DNA of 64,000 bases from an uncultured Clostridia bacterium (GCA_964400545.1 CAYNUG010000001.1:2394-66393); one strand, 5' to 3'. Numbered from the stretch's first letter, positions 1 through 10,550 are shown. The notes: generated from the sequence alone by a model not told the origin. Program-made: numbers and translations.

Positions 1-501
1 TCCACCAACATCTTCTCTGTCGAGCATCATGCCGGGAACCAAGTTCATTATTGTCCAAGGGTTCCTTGCAGTAGGAAGTGATTCGATCATTTCCTTTGAT
101 ACGTTGACTGAAACTGTTGTCTTCCTTGTGTCAACTGTGCTGGCTTTACCTTTAACTTCAATAACTTCTTTTAACTTTGTCGTTTCCATCTGTACGTTAA
201 ATGTCTTGTCCTTACCAACATACAGTCTGATCCCTTTCTGAATTACCGTCTTGAACCCTTCGAGTTCAAACTTTAATTCAATGTCTCCCGGAGGAATGTT
301 AAGGAATCTAAAATTTCCCTGTTCGGATGTAACTGTAACTCTTTTACCGATAACTTCACCGGTCAGTGTTACTGCTACTCCGGGGATTGCTGATCCATCA
401 GGCAATACTACGGTTCCGTAGATGTCCGATGATGCTCCCTGTGCGAATGACAGTCCACTAAGAACTGCAATTGCTACGAGCAGTGTGAATAACTTTTTCA
501 T
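1..501 (-). CDS. TonB-dependent receptor-like outer-membrane protein, N-terminal fragment (gene runs off the left edge)
   Basis: Not in the ORF track. Reverse complement of 1-501 reads from ATG (501-499) without stops: MKKLFTLLVAIAVLSGLSFAQGASSDIYGTVVLPDGSAIPGVAVTLTGE...FRFLNIPPGDIELKFELEGF...SKEMIESLPTARNPWTIMNLVPGM. This gives a signal peptide, a carboxypeptidase-regulatory-like beta-sandwich and the start of a plug domain. GGAGG lies upstream on the - strand (507-511). Confidence 0.7.
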   Translation of the reverse strand, partial: MKKLFTLLVAIAVLSGLSFAQGASSDIYGTVVLPDGSAIPGVAVTLTGEVIGKRVTVTSEQGNFRFLNIPPGDIELKFELEGFKTVIQKGIRLYVGKDKTFNVQMETTKLKEVIEVKGKASTVDTRKTTVSVNVSKEMIESLPTARNPWTIMNLVPGMMLDREDVGG

Positions 502-740
502 ATAAACCTCCTTTAAGTTTATGGACATATAAGTAGCAAAAATGATACCAAGTTTATATAACACCTATATATTTGAATAAAATCTATTTTCAGCATTATT
601 AATCCAATAATTTGGACACATTCTGCAATAAGATGAATAAAGATGCACAGTTTGGAATGTTCTTATACAATTTTACATTATTTCTGAAAGGAATACTGGC
701 CTTCAGTGAAAAACCTGATCCCTATTCAATTTGTTAAAAT

Positions 741-769
741 TTGAAATTGTTGCTTAATTAATGTAGAAT
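741..769 (+). promoter_or_regulatory. sigma-70-like promoter candidate for the M16 peptidase gene
   Basis: TTGAAA (741-746), 17-nt spacer, TAGAAT (764-769); AGGAGG RBS at 784-789 and ATG at 794. Confidence 0.4.
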
Positions 770-793
770 ATTTTTCTATCTCCAGGAGGAAAT

Positions 794-3373
794 ATGAACA
801 CAAAAGTAATAAAAGTACTATTGACCATATTAGCATTATTTGCAGCAGCTCTTATAGGAAGCGAAATAACACCACTACCAAAGGGAGTTTCGATCTACCG
901 CCTCGATAACGGGATGGAAGTATTATTAATAAAGAATCCAGGCCTTCCAATGACAGGTGCCAATATGGTCGTCAAAGTCGGCTCTGCGTATGAAACTTTT
1001 GCATCAAGTGGAATGAGCCATATGCTCGAGCATCTCCTTTTCAATGGAACAAGTTCCAGAACACAAAAAGAATTGTATGACGATACAGACAGCATCGGAG
1101 GATACAACAATGCAAATACATCCAACTATTTTACCAATTATATGATGGTGACTCCTTCAGAGAATTTTGAAAAAGGACTTGAGATCCAGGCGGATATGTT
1201 GTTCAACTCTATTCTCCCCAGGAAAAAATTCAAAAAAGAGAAGGGTATAGTTCTGGAGGAGATATCCAAGAGTCTGGCAGAACCGGACGAACAGCTGAAT
1301 AGAAATTTGATCTCGATAATCTTCAAAGGACATGCTCTCTCTTTGCCCACGCTCGGGACATACTCTACAATCAAATCCATGAGCAGAGATGACGTCTATA
1401 AATTCTATAAGAACAATTATGTCCCCAACAACATGATCCTGAGTATCGTTGGTGATTTTAATACAAAAGAAATGATGGGCGTTGTCAACAGGATCTACGG
1501 AAATCAGAAAACTTCAAATGTGATCAGACCTGACTACAGTGAGTTAAAGACAGGTTTTAATATTCCTTCAAAAAGAGAAGATGCCACCGGGACTTTTAAC
1601 AGGTCTTATAACGGCAAAGATACCGTCTTACAGAAATTTTTCATGATAAATAAAAAACTGGGGCCGGCATATATTAAACTTATTGAAATATCCTTACGAA
1701 AGGAAACCAGGAAGATAAATTTACTTTTAAGAAAAAAATATCCCGACCTGGTAGGAAAAGCGAATCTTACTCTTCATGCAACTCCCGTAAAAAATTTCAT
1801 TGAAGCAAAAGTAACTTTGAAGAAGAGCAACAAGCTCGATCAGATATCAGGTGATATAGGATCCTTTATGAGTTCTGTTGATCTTACACTGGATGAAACT
1901 TCGACCAGAACGGAAATGCTGAAATCCAGGACAGACTTCCTTAAGAACATCGAAAAACCTCATATGTTTGGGATCTTCAATGCTTACTATTTAGCTGTAA
2001 ACGGGATAGAACCGGTACTTTCTTCATATATGGGATACAGCTTCCGATCCATTTCCAAAGATCTGAGAAATATCAAATTAACATCATCTGCGATCACTTT
2101 GATCCAGAATCCACTACCCGGGAATATTAAAGACAAGGTTGGAACAGGCTCGAGAACAAAATTATTTTACAATTCTGAGAAAGGCAAATCCCTGATAATC
2201 ACAAATAATGGAGGATCAAACCTTCTTGCAATCCATTATTTGTTCAAACATAAAGCAATGTACGAATCTCAATTCGGGAAAGATATAGCAAAAATACTTC
2301 ACCAATGTTTCGGCAACAGACTCAAATCTGAAGAAATTATGAAAAAAACAGCCCCTTTCGGACTTACCTACAAAGTTAATGATAACCCTTTCTTCCCGAT
2401 GGATGACATTTATATGCATCCCGATTTTGGATATATCAGGGTGGAAGGGTTGGCAGATGATGTCCCGGCTGTGATCGGGATCCATAATTCAGAACTATTT
2501 GATTTCAAACCATCAGAGGCTGAATTTAATAAAGCTCTCGCAGAAGTGAATAGAATGTTCTCTCCGATGATGATGCGGGGAAATATTGCAAAAAAGATCT
2601 TCGATAAAGAATATAACTCACAATTATTTGTTGAAAATAAATACAAACCGGGAAATAGGAAGATCACTTATGACAATTTGATAAAATTTTCTGAAAAATA
2701 TTTCAGACCGGAAAACATGATAATCTCAGTTTCATCTCCGGAAAAAATTGAAACAATAGATAAATTGTTCAGTAAATCCTTTACAGGAAACAATAATAAT
2801 GAACCAGATGCATGGGACAAGGAATTCAAGATGAGGGATAAACCTGTAAAAATAGAAAAGGACGGCAAGGGGAAAAGATCCTATCTCTTCTGGGGTTTCA
2901 CTAAAAAATTCGATCCTGAAGATGAAGTTGCTCTCAAAGCCTTATCTCTTTACATGTCCGATACCATTGTTTTTGATATCCGAGAGAAGAGAGGGATGGC
3001 ATACAGAATGAGCGCAGGGATAAAGATTAAAAATGGGAAAGCCATATTCTTTATAAATATGGGGACACGCACAAAAAATGTTGATAAGATAGTTCCCGAA
3101 TTTCCGGGGTTCTTCAATACAAAGAATATCAACAAACTGACCGAAAAAGAATTGAACAAACTGGTCAATATGTATCTCGGCAGAATGAAATTCAGGAGAC
3201 TCTCCAGCATAAACAGAGCATACTATTTCGCACACTCACTTTATTTTCACAAGGACATCAACAGCGATTCCAAATTCTTTTCAAAATTGAAAAAGATCAC
3301 AGTGGAAGATATAAAAAAAGTCGCAAAAAAATATATGGTTGCCAAAAATCCTATTTCTATAATTATCCGGTAA
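794..3373 (+). CDS. M16 (pitrilysin/insulinase) family zinc peptidase, two-lobed, exported
   Basis: 859-aa ORF with N-terminal hydrophobic signal MNTKVIKVLLTILALFAAALIG and the inverted zincin motif HxxEH in GMSHMLEHLLFNGT. The length fits active plus inactive M16 halves. Confidence 0.85.
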   Translation: MNTKVIKVLLTILALFAAALIGSEITPLPKGVSIYRLDNGMEVLLIKNPGLPMTGANMVVKVGSAYETFASSGMSHMLEHLLFNGTSSRTQKELYDDTDSIGGYNNANTSNYFTNYMMVTPSENFEKGLEIQADMLFNSILPRKKFKKEKGIVLEEISKSLAEPDEQLNRNLISIIFKGHALSLPTLGTYSTIKSMSRDDVYKFYKNNYVPNNMILSIVGDFNTKEMMGVVNRIYGNQKTSNVIRPDYSELKTGFNIPSKREDATGTFNRSYNGKDTVLQKFFMINKKLGPAYIKLIEISLRKETRKINLLLRKKYPDLVGKANLTLHATPVKNFIEAKVTLKKSNKLDQISGDIGSFMSSVDLTLDETSTRTEMLKSRTDFLKNIEKPHMFGIFNAYYLAVNGIEPVLSSYMGYSFRSISKDLRNIKLTSSAITLIQNPLPGNIKDKVGTGSRTKLFYNSEKGKSLIITNNGGSNLLAIHYLFKHKAMYESQFGKDIAKILHQCFGNRLKSEEIMKKTAPFGLTYKVNDNPFFPMDDIYMHPDFGYIRVEGLADDVPAVIGIHNSELFDFKPSEAEFNKALAEVNRMFSPMMMRGNIAKKIFDKEYNSQLFVENKYKPGNRKITYDNLIKFSEKYFRPENMIISVSSPEKIETIDKLFSKSFTGNNNNEPDAWDKEFKMRDKPVKIEKDGKGKRSYLFWGFTKKFDPEDEVALKALSLYMSDTIVFDIREKRGMAYRMSAGIKIKNGKAIFFINMGTRTKNVDKIVPEFPGFFNTKNINKLTEKELNKLVNMYLGRMKFRRLSSINRAYYFAHSLYFHKDINSDSKFFSKLKKITVEDIKKVAKKYMVAKNPISIIIR

Positions 3374-4049
3374 TTTCGTTCAGGATGACGGTGAAGGCTC
3401 CCCTGGGATCCTTACTGGCGGTGATGGGTCGGCCGATAACAAGATAATCTGCTCCGGCCTCAACTGCCATTTTTGGAGTGAAGACCCTTTTCTGATCCCC
3501 CTTTGCTGCCCAGTGAGGTCTGATACCCGGAGTCACCAATTTTATTCTTTCCCCCAGTTTTTCCTTTAATATTTTTATTTCTAGTGGAGAACACACAAAT
3601 GAATCAAGCCCCGAATCGAGCCCCAATCTGCAGAGTTTTAGCACAGCTTCTTCCGTTCCGTCATTAATGCCGGTCTCTGCAAGATCTTCATCCGAAAAAG
3701 AGGTGAGGACAGAGACTCCCAGTACTTTCATATCTGCAGAATCTTCAGCTGCAAGCACTGCTTTTTTTATCATATCCCTCCCTCCACTCAAATGGATCGA
3801 AATAAATCGCGGGTCATACATTAGTGAAGATTTGACAGCCCAGAAAACTGTATTAGGTATGTCTTTGAATTTGAGGTCCAGGAAAACATTTTTTTTCTTC
3901 TCTTTAAGCAACTTCATGATCTTGGATCCATATTTCATAAATGCCTGCAGCCCCACTTTATAAAAAACAGCCTCATTTAAGGTCTCAACAAAAGACTTTG
4001 CAACTTCAAACCTGTCAAAATCAAGAGCAACAATTATTCTTTCTCTCAT
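3363..4049 (-). CDS. pyrF: orotidine 5'-phosphate decarboxylase
   Basis: 228 aa with IVALDF, DLKFKDIPNTV and GADYLVIGRPI motifs. 4-nt start/stop overlap with pyrD; last gene of the pyrK-pyrD-pyrF string. Confidence 0.85.
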   Translation of the reverse strand: MRERIIVALDFDRFEVAKSFVETLNEAVFYKVGLQAFMKYGSKIMKLLKEKKKNVFLDLKFKDIPNTVFWAVKSSLMYDPRFISIHLSGGRDMIKKAVLAAEDSADMKVLGVSVLTSFSDEDLAETGINDGTEEAVLKLCRLGLDSGLDSFVCSPLEIKILKEKLGERIKLVTPGIRPHWAAKGDQKRVFTPKMAVEAGADYLVIGRPITASKDPRGAFTVILNEITG

Positions 4050-4957
4050 ATCTTCAGGCCTCCTCTTATTTCCTCAAGACTTTTGATCTTAAGTTGATCC
4101 ATCAATTCCATAGTTTCATTTATGATCCGGACAGATCCGGTAGGTTCTACAATATTAACGGTTCCCGTCTGAACAGCTGCAGCCCCTGCAAGAATGAACT
4201 CAAGTACATCTCTCCCTGTCATTATCCCCCCTATCCCAATAACAGGAATATCAACAGCATTAGCGACCTCCCATACGATCTTCAGCGCAAGAGGCTTGAT
4301 GGCAGGCCCGGATAATCCTGCAAAAAAGTTCTTGAATACAGGTCTCCTCTTTTCTATGTCAAGAGCAAGCCCGAGAAAAGTATTGACAACAGAAATCGCA
4401 TCCGCACCCGCCTCTTCAGCCGAACCCGCAATAGCGGCAATATCTGAAACATTAGGTGAAAGTTTTACGATCAGTGGTTTTTTTGTATTTTCCTTCACAA
4501 GTTTGACCACCCTACCGGTGTCATGTGGGCTCTGTGCAGGACAGCTGCCTCCCTCCCTCACATTCGGGCAGGAAATATTCAACTCCAACATTGCAACTTC
4601 TTCCATATCATCAAAGATACTGGCAACTGCAAGATATTCTTCATCAGAACCGCCACAAACATTAACGATGATCGGAGTAGATGTTTTCAAAGCCACATCT
4701 TTGATGATCGTGGTAAGACCTTCGGCACCTGGTCCGGCCAGACCTATCGAGTTAAGAAGACCGGAATAGGTTTCCCTTATCCGTGGAGGATCATTACCTT
4801 CCCTCTCTTCCAGATAAACCCCCTTCATCACAAATGCGCCGAGAAGATCAAGATCGAAGAACCGGAGAAATTCGCCACCGTATCCAAATGTACCCGATGC
4901 TGGTATAACAGGATTTTTCAGTTTTATAAATCCAAGATCTGCAGTCAGGTCAGCCAT
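4046..4957 (-). CDS. pyrD: dihydroorotate dehydrogenase, class 1B catalytic subunit
   Basis: 303 aa with LKNPVIPASGTFGYG, ELNISCPNV and IPVIGIGGI. Overlaps pyrK by 13 nt. Confidence 0.9.
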   Translation of the reverse strand: MADLTADLGFIKLKNPVIPASGTFGYGGEFLRFFDLDLLGAFVMKGVYLEEREGNDPPRIRETYSGLLNSIGLAGPGAEGLTTIIKDVALKTSTPIIVNVCGGSDEEYLAVASIFDDMEEVAMLELNISCPNVREGGSCPAQSPHDTGRVVKLVKENTKKPLIVKLSPNVSDIAAIAGSAEEAGADAISVVNTFLGLALDIEKRRPVFKNFFAGLSGPAIKPLALKIVWEVANAVDIPVIGIGGIMTGRDVLEFILAGAAAVQTGTVNIVEPTGSVRIINETMELMDQLKIKSLEEIRGGLKI

Positions 4958-5715
4958 TCAATATCCTCCATCCTGAATACAGGCCCATCTGTACAAACCT
5001 TCTTGTATTTTCCGTCACTGCCCTTCACGGCACAGCTGTGGCATACTCCGAAACCGCATCCCATATAGGCCTCCAGAGAGACAAAATTCCGGATATCGAG
5101 AGATCCGATTTCTTTATTCAATGATCTGAGCATTCCTTCAGGACCACAGGAAAAAGTAACGCTAATCCTGTTCCTTTCAACTATATTTTTTATATCAGTA
5201 GTAACAATTCCTTTTTTATATCCGGAGCCGTCATCTGTATAGAAAATCGTTTCTGTTAAAGGAAATCTTTCTATTTCTCCTGTGAAATTAAGATCGGATC
5301 CAGATCCGGCCCCATAGATCAATGAAACATTGTTCGACTCCGAATACCTTTCAAGTGCAAAATAAAGAGGAGCTATCCCTCTCCCTCCACCTATTAAAAG
5401 CAGATTTTCTCCTTCATATCCGGGAAAAGTATTGCCGAGGGGACCGATAGCCATCACTTTATCACCCTCCCTTTTTAATGCCATGAGATTACTTCCCCTT
5501 CCAACTACCTCATAGTAAATATAAAAATAGGGGGGATCAGTCTTGAATATTCCGAAAGGTCTCTTTAAAAGAGGATCGTGCCCTCCTGAAACAGCAACCA
5601 TTACAAAATTTCCGGGTTCACTGTTTTTTGATATATATTCCGATTCTATCTTCATAAGATAATATTTTCCCCGGACAACAGTGTTGGAGGCTATCCTGCA
5701 TTCTTCTTCTATCAT
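4945..5715 (-). CDS. pyrK: dihydroorotate dehydrogenase electron-transfer subunit (FAD/2Fe-2S)
   Basis: 256 aa with a flavin reductase-like fold (RPFGIF, LLIGGGRGIAPL) and the C-terminal Cys cluster CGFGVCHSCAV...C. Confidence 0.85.
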   Translation of the reverse strand: MIEEECRIASNTVVRGKYYLMKIESEYISKNSEPGNFVMVAVSGGHDPLLKRPFGIFKTDPPYFYIYYEVVGRGSNLMALKREGDKVMAIGPLGNTFPGYEGENLLLIGGGRGIAPLYFALERYSESNNVSLIYGAGSGSDLNFTGEIERFPLTETIFYTDDGSGYKKGIVTTDIKNIVERNRISVTFSCGPEGMLRSLNKEIGSLDIRNFVSLEAYMGCGFGVCHSCAVKGSDGKYKKVCTDGPVFRMEDIEWLT

Positions 5716-5876
5716 ACTCGAATTATCCCATTGTGCAGGTCGAAAGTAAACCCGGATAGATTGTAATAAAAACCGTATTTCATTAAAATATCACAGATAC
5801 ATCAAAATGAAAAAAATTAATACTAAAGTGAATGAAGTGACGGTTTTTCTAAATAAGGTAAAAATCAGGAGACAGA

Positions 5877-7073
5877 ATGAAAACGAAAATTAAAAGAAAA
5901 GATCTTGAAAAGTGGGCTGACTTTATTCTTGACCACTCACTGGGTGGCATAACACCAGAAGATGTTGTTATGATCAAAGGAGAACATATAACCTGGCCTC
6001 TTATATCTGTTCTGCAGGATAAGGTTTTCAAGGCCGGTGGAATCGCTGATGTGAATATTGTGGCCCCGGATAACAACAGAGGTCAGGTATGGGGTGCTTC
6101 AATTACAAAGTACGGCTCTGTCGAACAGATTGGCCGAATCCCCATCTGGCACAAAATAAGATATGAGTTAATGACAAAATATATTGAGATCCTCGGATCT
6201 GAATCACCAGACCTCTTTGCAAATCTACCGGAACAAACTTCAGCAGAACTAAACAGAGCCGATCTCCCGTTCAGAAAAACACGTCTCTCGAAGAACTGGA
6301 TCCTTACATTGTTCCCGACCAAAGCATTTGCGGATATGGAAGATATGTCACTTGAGGAGTACACCGGGATAGTTGTCGGCGCATCAGTTACAGATCCTGC
6401 ATTTCTTGAAGAAGTAGAAGAACCGATCCACAATATTCTTGATCGTACAAACAAATTGAGGATCGAAACAGAAGACCCATCATCTTTGGAAATTCTTAAG
6501 TTAGAGATGGATATTTCAGGAAGAAATGTCATAAAATGCACAGGGCTTAGAAATTTTCCTGATGGAGAGGTCTTTACAAGCCCTGATGCCAATTCAGTTG
6601 AAGGCGAAATATTTGTTGATCTTCCGGTTTATTACAACGGGGTTACTATTCAGGGGATCTATTTGAAATTCGAGAATGGTGTGATAACAAAATATAATTC
6701 CAATCAAGGATTTGAAACTCTCAGAAAAATCATTGAGACTGACGAAGGTTCTCACAGACTCGGAGAAGTTGCACTCGGGATGAACAGCGGATTGAGGAAA
6801 GCTCTTAAGCACCCGTTGTTCGTCGAAAAAGTAGGAGGTACACTCCATATTGCGATAGGGGACTCTTATCCTGAATGTTTTGTGAATGACCCCGGAGCTC
6901 CGAAGAATCATGCAAAACTTGAGATCTTCTACATGGAGGGAAAAGCAAACAGGTCTTCCCAACATGTGGATATCGTAACAGATTTCAGACCAGGAGGATC
7001 GGGCAGAGCAGTCTGGCTCGATGACACACGGTTAGAGGTAAAAAATAATATATGGATAGTTCCCGAAGAATAG
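5877..7073 (+). CDS. M29 family (AmpS/PepS-like) aminopeptidase
   Basis: 398 aa with GEVALGMN, TLHIAIGDSY and HVDIV, the pattern recalled for thermophilic-metalloprotease M29 aminopeptidases. GGAGA RBS before the ATG. Confidence 0.7.
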   Translation: MKTKIKRKDLEKWADFILDHSLGGITPEDVVMIKGEHITWPLISVLQDKVFKAGGIADVNIVAPDNNRGQVWGASITKYGSVEQIGRIPIWHKIRYELMTKYIEILGSESPDLFANLPEQTSAELNRADLPFRKTRLSKNWILTLFPTKAFADMEDMSLEEYTGIVVGASVTDPAFLEEVEEPIHNILDRTNKLRIETEDPSSLEILKLEMDISGRNVIKCTGLRNFPDGEVFTSPDANSVEGEIFVDLPVYYNGVTIQGIYLKFENGVITKYNSNQGFETLRKIIETDEGSHRLGEVALGMNSGLRKALKHPLFVEKVGGTLHIAIGDSYPECFVNDPGAPKNHAKLEIFYMEGKANRSSQHVDIVTDFRPGGSGRAVWLDDTRLEVKNNIWIVPEE

Positions 7074-7077
7074 ATCA

Positions 7078-7815
7078 TTAATTTAACTCCGTAAGATATC
7101 TGGAAGTGTTCAGATTGAATTCCCCATGATACTCTATTTTGTTTTTTAGGATCTGGAATATATGCCTGTATTCTTCAGAAGAGAGTGTTTTAAATATTTC
7201 GGATGTACCTTTCCTTTTTGTCCACTCTATAAAGTCAACTCCTGCTCTTCTCAGCAGGAGATCTTCCCCTTTTCTGCACTTTTCACAAACAACGCCTCTA
7301 AAATCCTGTGCGACCCATATTTTTTCGTTATTTCGGGAATTGCATTTACTGCATTTCCCCACCTCAAACATCATCCCCTCTATCCTCAGTATCCATACCA
7401 TAAAATAGATGATAAGATATTTCATCTCTGTTCCTTCCATACTGCTGTTCAGAACTGATTTAATTAATTTATATATTCTCTCTGTATTAAAGTTGGCGGG
7501 AACAAATCTCATAACTATCTCTGCTATCAGATAAAAATAGAATATCCTTCCGGGATCAGACACAGTTTCAAAATAACTTGTGATCAAATCACCCTTCGAA
7601 AGAGTAGCAAGTTCTCTGTCCTCCTTCCTGTAAAAGAAAAATTCTCCCTCTGTAAAAAGTTCAAGAAGAGACCCGAATCTGTTTTTTCCTCTTGATGATC
7701 CGGGAGCTACAATTTTCTGAATCCCGTTGCATGAGGTAAGCAGATGGACGATCTTGTCCTGTTCCTTGAAAATATATGAACCGATAACCAATGCCTCTTC
7801 GGATTCTAAAGGCAT
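7078..7815 (-). CDS. recO: DNA repair protein RecO
   Basis: 245 aa with an N-terminal OB-like region and a C-terminal zinc finger CSKCNS...VCEKCRK. Size and layout match RecO. Confidence 0.65.
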   Translation of the reverse strand: MPLESEEALVIGSYIFKEQDKIVHLLTSCNGIQKIVAPGSSRGKNRFGSLLELFTEGEFFFYRKEDRELATLSKGDLITSYFETVSDPGRIFYFYLIAEIVMRFVPANFNTERIYKLIKSVLNSSMEGTEMKYLIIYFMVWILRIEGMMFEVGKCSKCNSRNNEKIWVAQDFRGVVCEKCRKGEDLLLRRAGVDFIEWTKRKGTSEIFKTLSSEEYRHIFQILKNKIEYHGEFNLNTSRYLTELN

Positions 7816-7818
7816 TTT

Positions 7819-9180
7819 TTAGACAAGTATCATTGAAGACACTCCGAGGAAAAATAATAAACCGAGAGAATCAGTAAGCATAGTAACAATTAAACCTGAA
7901 GCAAGTGCAGGATCCAGCTTTATTTTTTTCAGTATATACGGAACAATAGTACCGAAAAATGTTCCATTAATAAGATTAAACAATATTGCCCCACCGAAAA
8001 TTATTCCGATTCTCCAGTCTTTAAAGAATAAAAAAGTTACCAGAGAAGCAAAAATCCCTATAATAATTCCATTCCCAAAACTAACCAGCATTTCCTTAAA
8101 TAGTATTTTTTTTGTCTTTTTCCACTCCATCGTTCCGATAACGATCTCTCTTACCATTATTGCAACCGTCTGGTTCCCAACTACTCCCCCTATTGCATTG
8201 ACCATACCCATAATTACAGCAAGCGTAATAAATTCTTCAATTGTTCCTTTAAAAAGAGTTATAACAAGAGCGGAAAATGATGCTGTGAAAAGACTGAGGA
8301 ATAGCCATGGCATCCTCTTGACAATTGATTTACCAACTCCCATTTCAACACTGTAGTCCTGTGTAACACCGGCAAGTTTATAAATATCTTCGGTCGCCTC
8401 ATCATGTATAATGTCAATTACATCATCAACTGTTACAACCCCCACAAGCTTATTCAGATCATCAACTACAGGGATCGCAAGGAGATTGTAGTTTGCAACT
8501 ACTGATGCAACCTCTTCCTGATCAGTGAACACATCTACTTTGTAAACTTCAGAATTCATTATATCTTTCAACTTCATCCTTGACTTTATCAGGATCAATT
8601 GCTTGAGAGATACAACACCAATAAGTCTTTCCTCTTCATCAATGACGTATAGATAAAAAGGGACTTCTACATCCTCCCCTGCCAGTTGAATTGCGGATAT
8701 TGCATCCGCTGCTGTGGTAGTCTCTGCCAAAGCAAGAAAATCCGATGACATTATCCTTCCTGCAGATTCTTCAGGATAAGAAAGCTGTTCCTGCAGATCG
8801 ACAGCTTCCTCATTCTTCATCTGTTTTAAAATATTGATCTGCAATTCTTCATCAAAGAGGGGGATGAGAGAAGCAGCATCGTCAGAGGACAACTCATTCA
8901 GGATCGGGACAATATTTTTTATCTCAAAATTTGACAAAATTTCAACTGCTATTTCAGGTTTTATCTCACTGATTATTTCTGAAAACTTCGGTGGTTCAAG
9001 CTTCCTGTCGAAAAAAAGCTGGAAAACTATCTGACGCTCTGATGGGCTTAAATGTTCAATTAAAGTAGCAACATCTGCATAATGCAACTTTATCAGAGCA
9101 TTCCATAAATGCCCGAGCGTACGCAGTTTTACAAACTGCTTTGTAAACCTAAGCAGTTTTTCCAGTGCTACATCTTTCAT
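7819..9180 (-). CDS. mgtE: magnesium transporter MgtE
   Basis: 453 aa with an acidic N-domain, tandem CBS domains (LLAIPVVDDLNKLVGVVTVDDVIDII), DEATEDIYKLAGV, and five C-terminal TM helices. Confidence 0.9.
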   Translation of the reverse strand: MKDVALEKLLRFTKQFVKLRTLGHLWNALIKLHYADVATLIEHLSPSERQIVFQLFFDRKLEPPKFSEIISEIKPEIAVEILSNFEIKNIVPILNELSSDDAASLIPLFDEELQINILKQMKNEEAVDLQEQLSYPEESAGRIMSSDFLALAETTTAADAISAIQLAGEDVEVPFYLYVIDEEERLIGVVSLKQLILIKSRMKLKDIMNSEVYKVDVFTDQEEVASVVANYNLLAIPVVDDLNKLVGVVTVDDVIDIIHDEATEDIYKLAGVTQDYSVEMGVGKSIVKRMPWLFLSLFTASFSALVITLFKGTIEEFITLAVIMGMVNAIGGVVGNQTVAIMVREIVIGTMEWKKTKKILFKEMLVSFGNGIIIGIFASLVTFLFFKDWRIGIIFGGAILFNLINGTFFGTIVPYILKKIKLDPALASGLIVTMLTDSLGLLFFLGVSSMILV

Positions 9181-9196
9181 TCAGATTCCTTTCCGC

Positions 9197-9433
9197 TCAG
9201 CCCTCTTCCTTTTCTGCTTCTATTGTTCCGGCCTTCTCTTTCGCTTCAGAGAGAAACCCGATCAATTCATCAACCTTTTCCGGTTTTACGGTTATCCCTT
9301 TTTTTGTAGGCCGCCATTCACCATTATCGGCCAGATAATAGATCCTTACTGAAATAAAATCAGAGCCCTTATAATTACTAGCTTCAATTCTCAGCCTTTC
9401 AGTATCATTTCTTTCAATTTCGCCAATTACCAT
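9197..9433 (-). CDS. PC4/YdbC-like single-stranded DNA-binding protein
   Basis: 78 aa: LRIEASNYKGSDFISVRIYYLADNGEWRPTKKGITV. This matches the recalled bacterial PC4 (YdbC) pattern fkG..y.diR.wy...ge..PTkKGisl. Confidence 0.6.
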   Translation of the reverse strand: MVIGEIERNDTERLRIEASNYKGSDFISVRIYYLADNGEWRPTKKGITVKPEKVDELIGFLSEAKEKAGTIEAEKEEG

Positions 9434-9499
9434 TGTTTCACCTCATATCAACAATTATTCAATTTACCATTTTTTTATTCACCGGTCAATATTTATGAC

Positions 9500-9527
9500 T
9501 TGCATTTGTAATGAAGCTCAAATGCAA
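9500..9527. promoter_or_regulatory. 9-bp inverted repeat in a divergent promoter region
   Basis: TTGCATTTG (9500-9508), 10-nt spacer, CAAATGCAA (9519-9527). Lies between the PC4-like gene (-) and the pgsA-like operon (+). Confidence 0.2.
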
Positions 9528-9633
9528 CAAATCATTTCTCTTGCATTCAAAATATTACAAAGTTTTTCGTGCTCAGGCAAACTTTGATCAAATAAATATT
9601 GATTTAAAGTCGTTATTATATTATATATTTTTC

Positions 9634-10176
9634 ATGAGATTTATTTTGAATGTTCCTAACTCACTTAGCATCCTGAGAATGATGCTGATCATTCCCATAT
9701 TCATTCTGATCATCTACTCAACACCCGGAACTTTTTGCTGGCTCATTATCGTATATTTTTTCTCTATATTTTTTGATTTCCTGGACGGGTACATCGCCAG
9801 AAGATTTTCAATGGAAACAGCATTGGGTAGGATTCTTGACCCTGTCGCAGACAAATTTTTAATGTTCTTTGTACTGATCGCACTGATACTAAAAACAGAT
9901 TTTCCGGTATGGATAGCAATTCCGATCTTCGTTAGAGATTTCCTTATCCTTCTTGCAAGTTTTTTCATCTACAAAAAGAACAAAGAGATCAAATCCTCTA
10001 TCACTATCGGAAAAATAGCCTTCGGAAGCCTCAGTTTTCTAATATTTCTCTACATAGTAGGAATTAATTCAGGATCTGAACTTGATCTTTTAAAAAAATT
10101 TGTGGCTGTTTTCACATTGAACTTTCTTCTATGGTCCTGGATTGAATATCTGTTTGTATATTTGAGGGAAACATGA
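9634..10176 (+). CDS. CDP-alcohol phosphatidyltransferase (PgsA-like)
   Basis: Signature D-x2-D-G-x2-A-R-x8-G-x3-D-x3-D in DFLDGYIARRFSMETALGRILDPVADK, and polytopic membrane profile. I prefer the ATG at 9634 (MRFILNVPNSLSILR); the track start 9511 adds a non-hydrophobic 41-aa extension. Confidence 0.8.
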   Translation: MRFILNVPNSLSILRMMLIIPIFILIIYSTPGTFCWLIIVYFFSIFFDFLDGYIARRFSMETALGRILDPVADKFLMFFVLIALILKTDFPVWIAIPIFVRDFLILLASFFIYKKNKEIKSSITIGKIAFGSLSFLIFLYIVGINSGSELDLLKKFVAVFTLNFLLWSWIEYLFVYLRET

Positions 10177-10550
10177 CAAGAAAAAAAGAAATTTTAATTA
10201 TTGAAGATGAGAGGGACATTAGCGAGATGCTGCAAAAATTCCTTGAAGAGAACGATTTCATCGTTTCTCTTGCTGAGGACGGCAATGCAGCTGTTGAGAT
10301 ACTGAAATCTAATGATTTTGATCTTCTCATTGTTGACATGCTTTTGCCGGGTGAACATGGTTTGGATATCATAAAAATGAAGGGACATAACTATATCACC
10401 CCGATTATAATCATCTCTGGAATTTATGATGAGAAAGAGATCTTTAAAAGGACAAAGGATTCTAATGTAAAATATTTTATCAAAAAACCTTTTAACCTCA
10501 AAGACCTTCTTGAAAAGGTGAAATCGGCTATTAATGCAGATCAGATATAA
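10173..10550 (+). CDS. stand-alone response regulator receiver (CheY-like)
   Basis: 125 aa with ILIIEDERD, DLLIVDMLLPGEHG (acceptor Asp) and IKKPF, and no output domain. ATGA overlap with the upstream gene. Confidence 0.8.
   Translation: MTRKKEILIIEDERDISEMLQKFLEENDFIVSLAEDGNAAVEILKSNDFDLLIVDMLLPGEHGLDIIKMKGHNYITPIIIISGIYDEKEIFKRTKDSNVKYFIKKPFNLKDLLEKVKSAINADQI

Noticed and set aside
4194-5068. Long + strand ORFs (191 aa and 181 aa) inside the pyrD region
   Set aside because: They are antisense shadows of a gene with clear PyrD motifs. Their translations are low-complexity (Ser/Pro/Ala/Ile-rich) with no start context.
5716-5876. A PyrR-type attenuator upstream of pyrK-pyrD-pyrF
   Set aside because: No PyrR binding-loop-like sequence (…CCAGAGAGG…) and no terminator/antiterminator hairpins are visible on the - strand.
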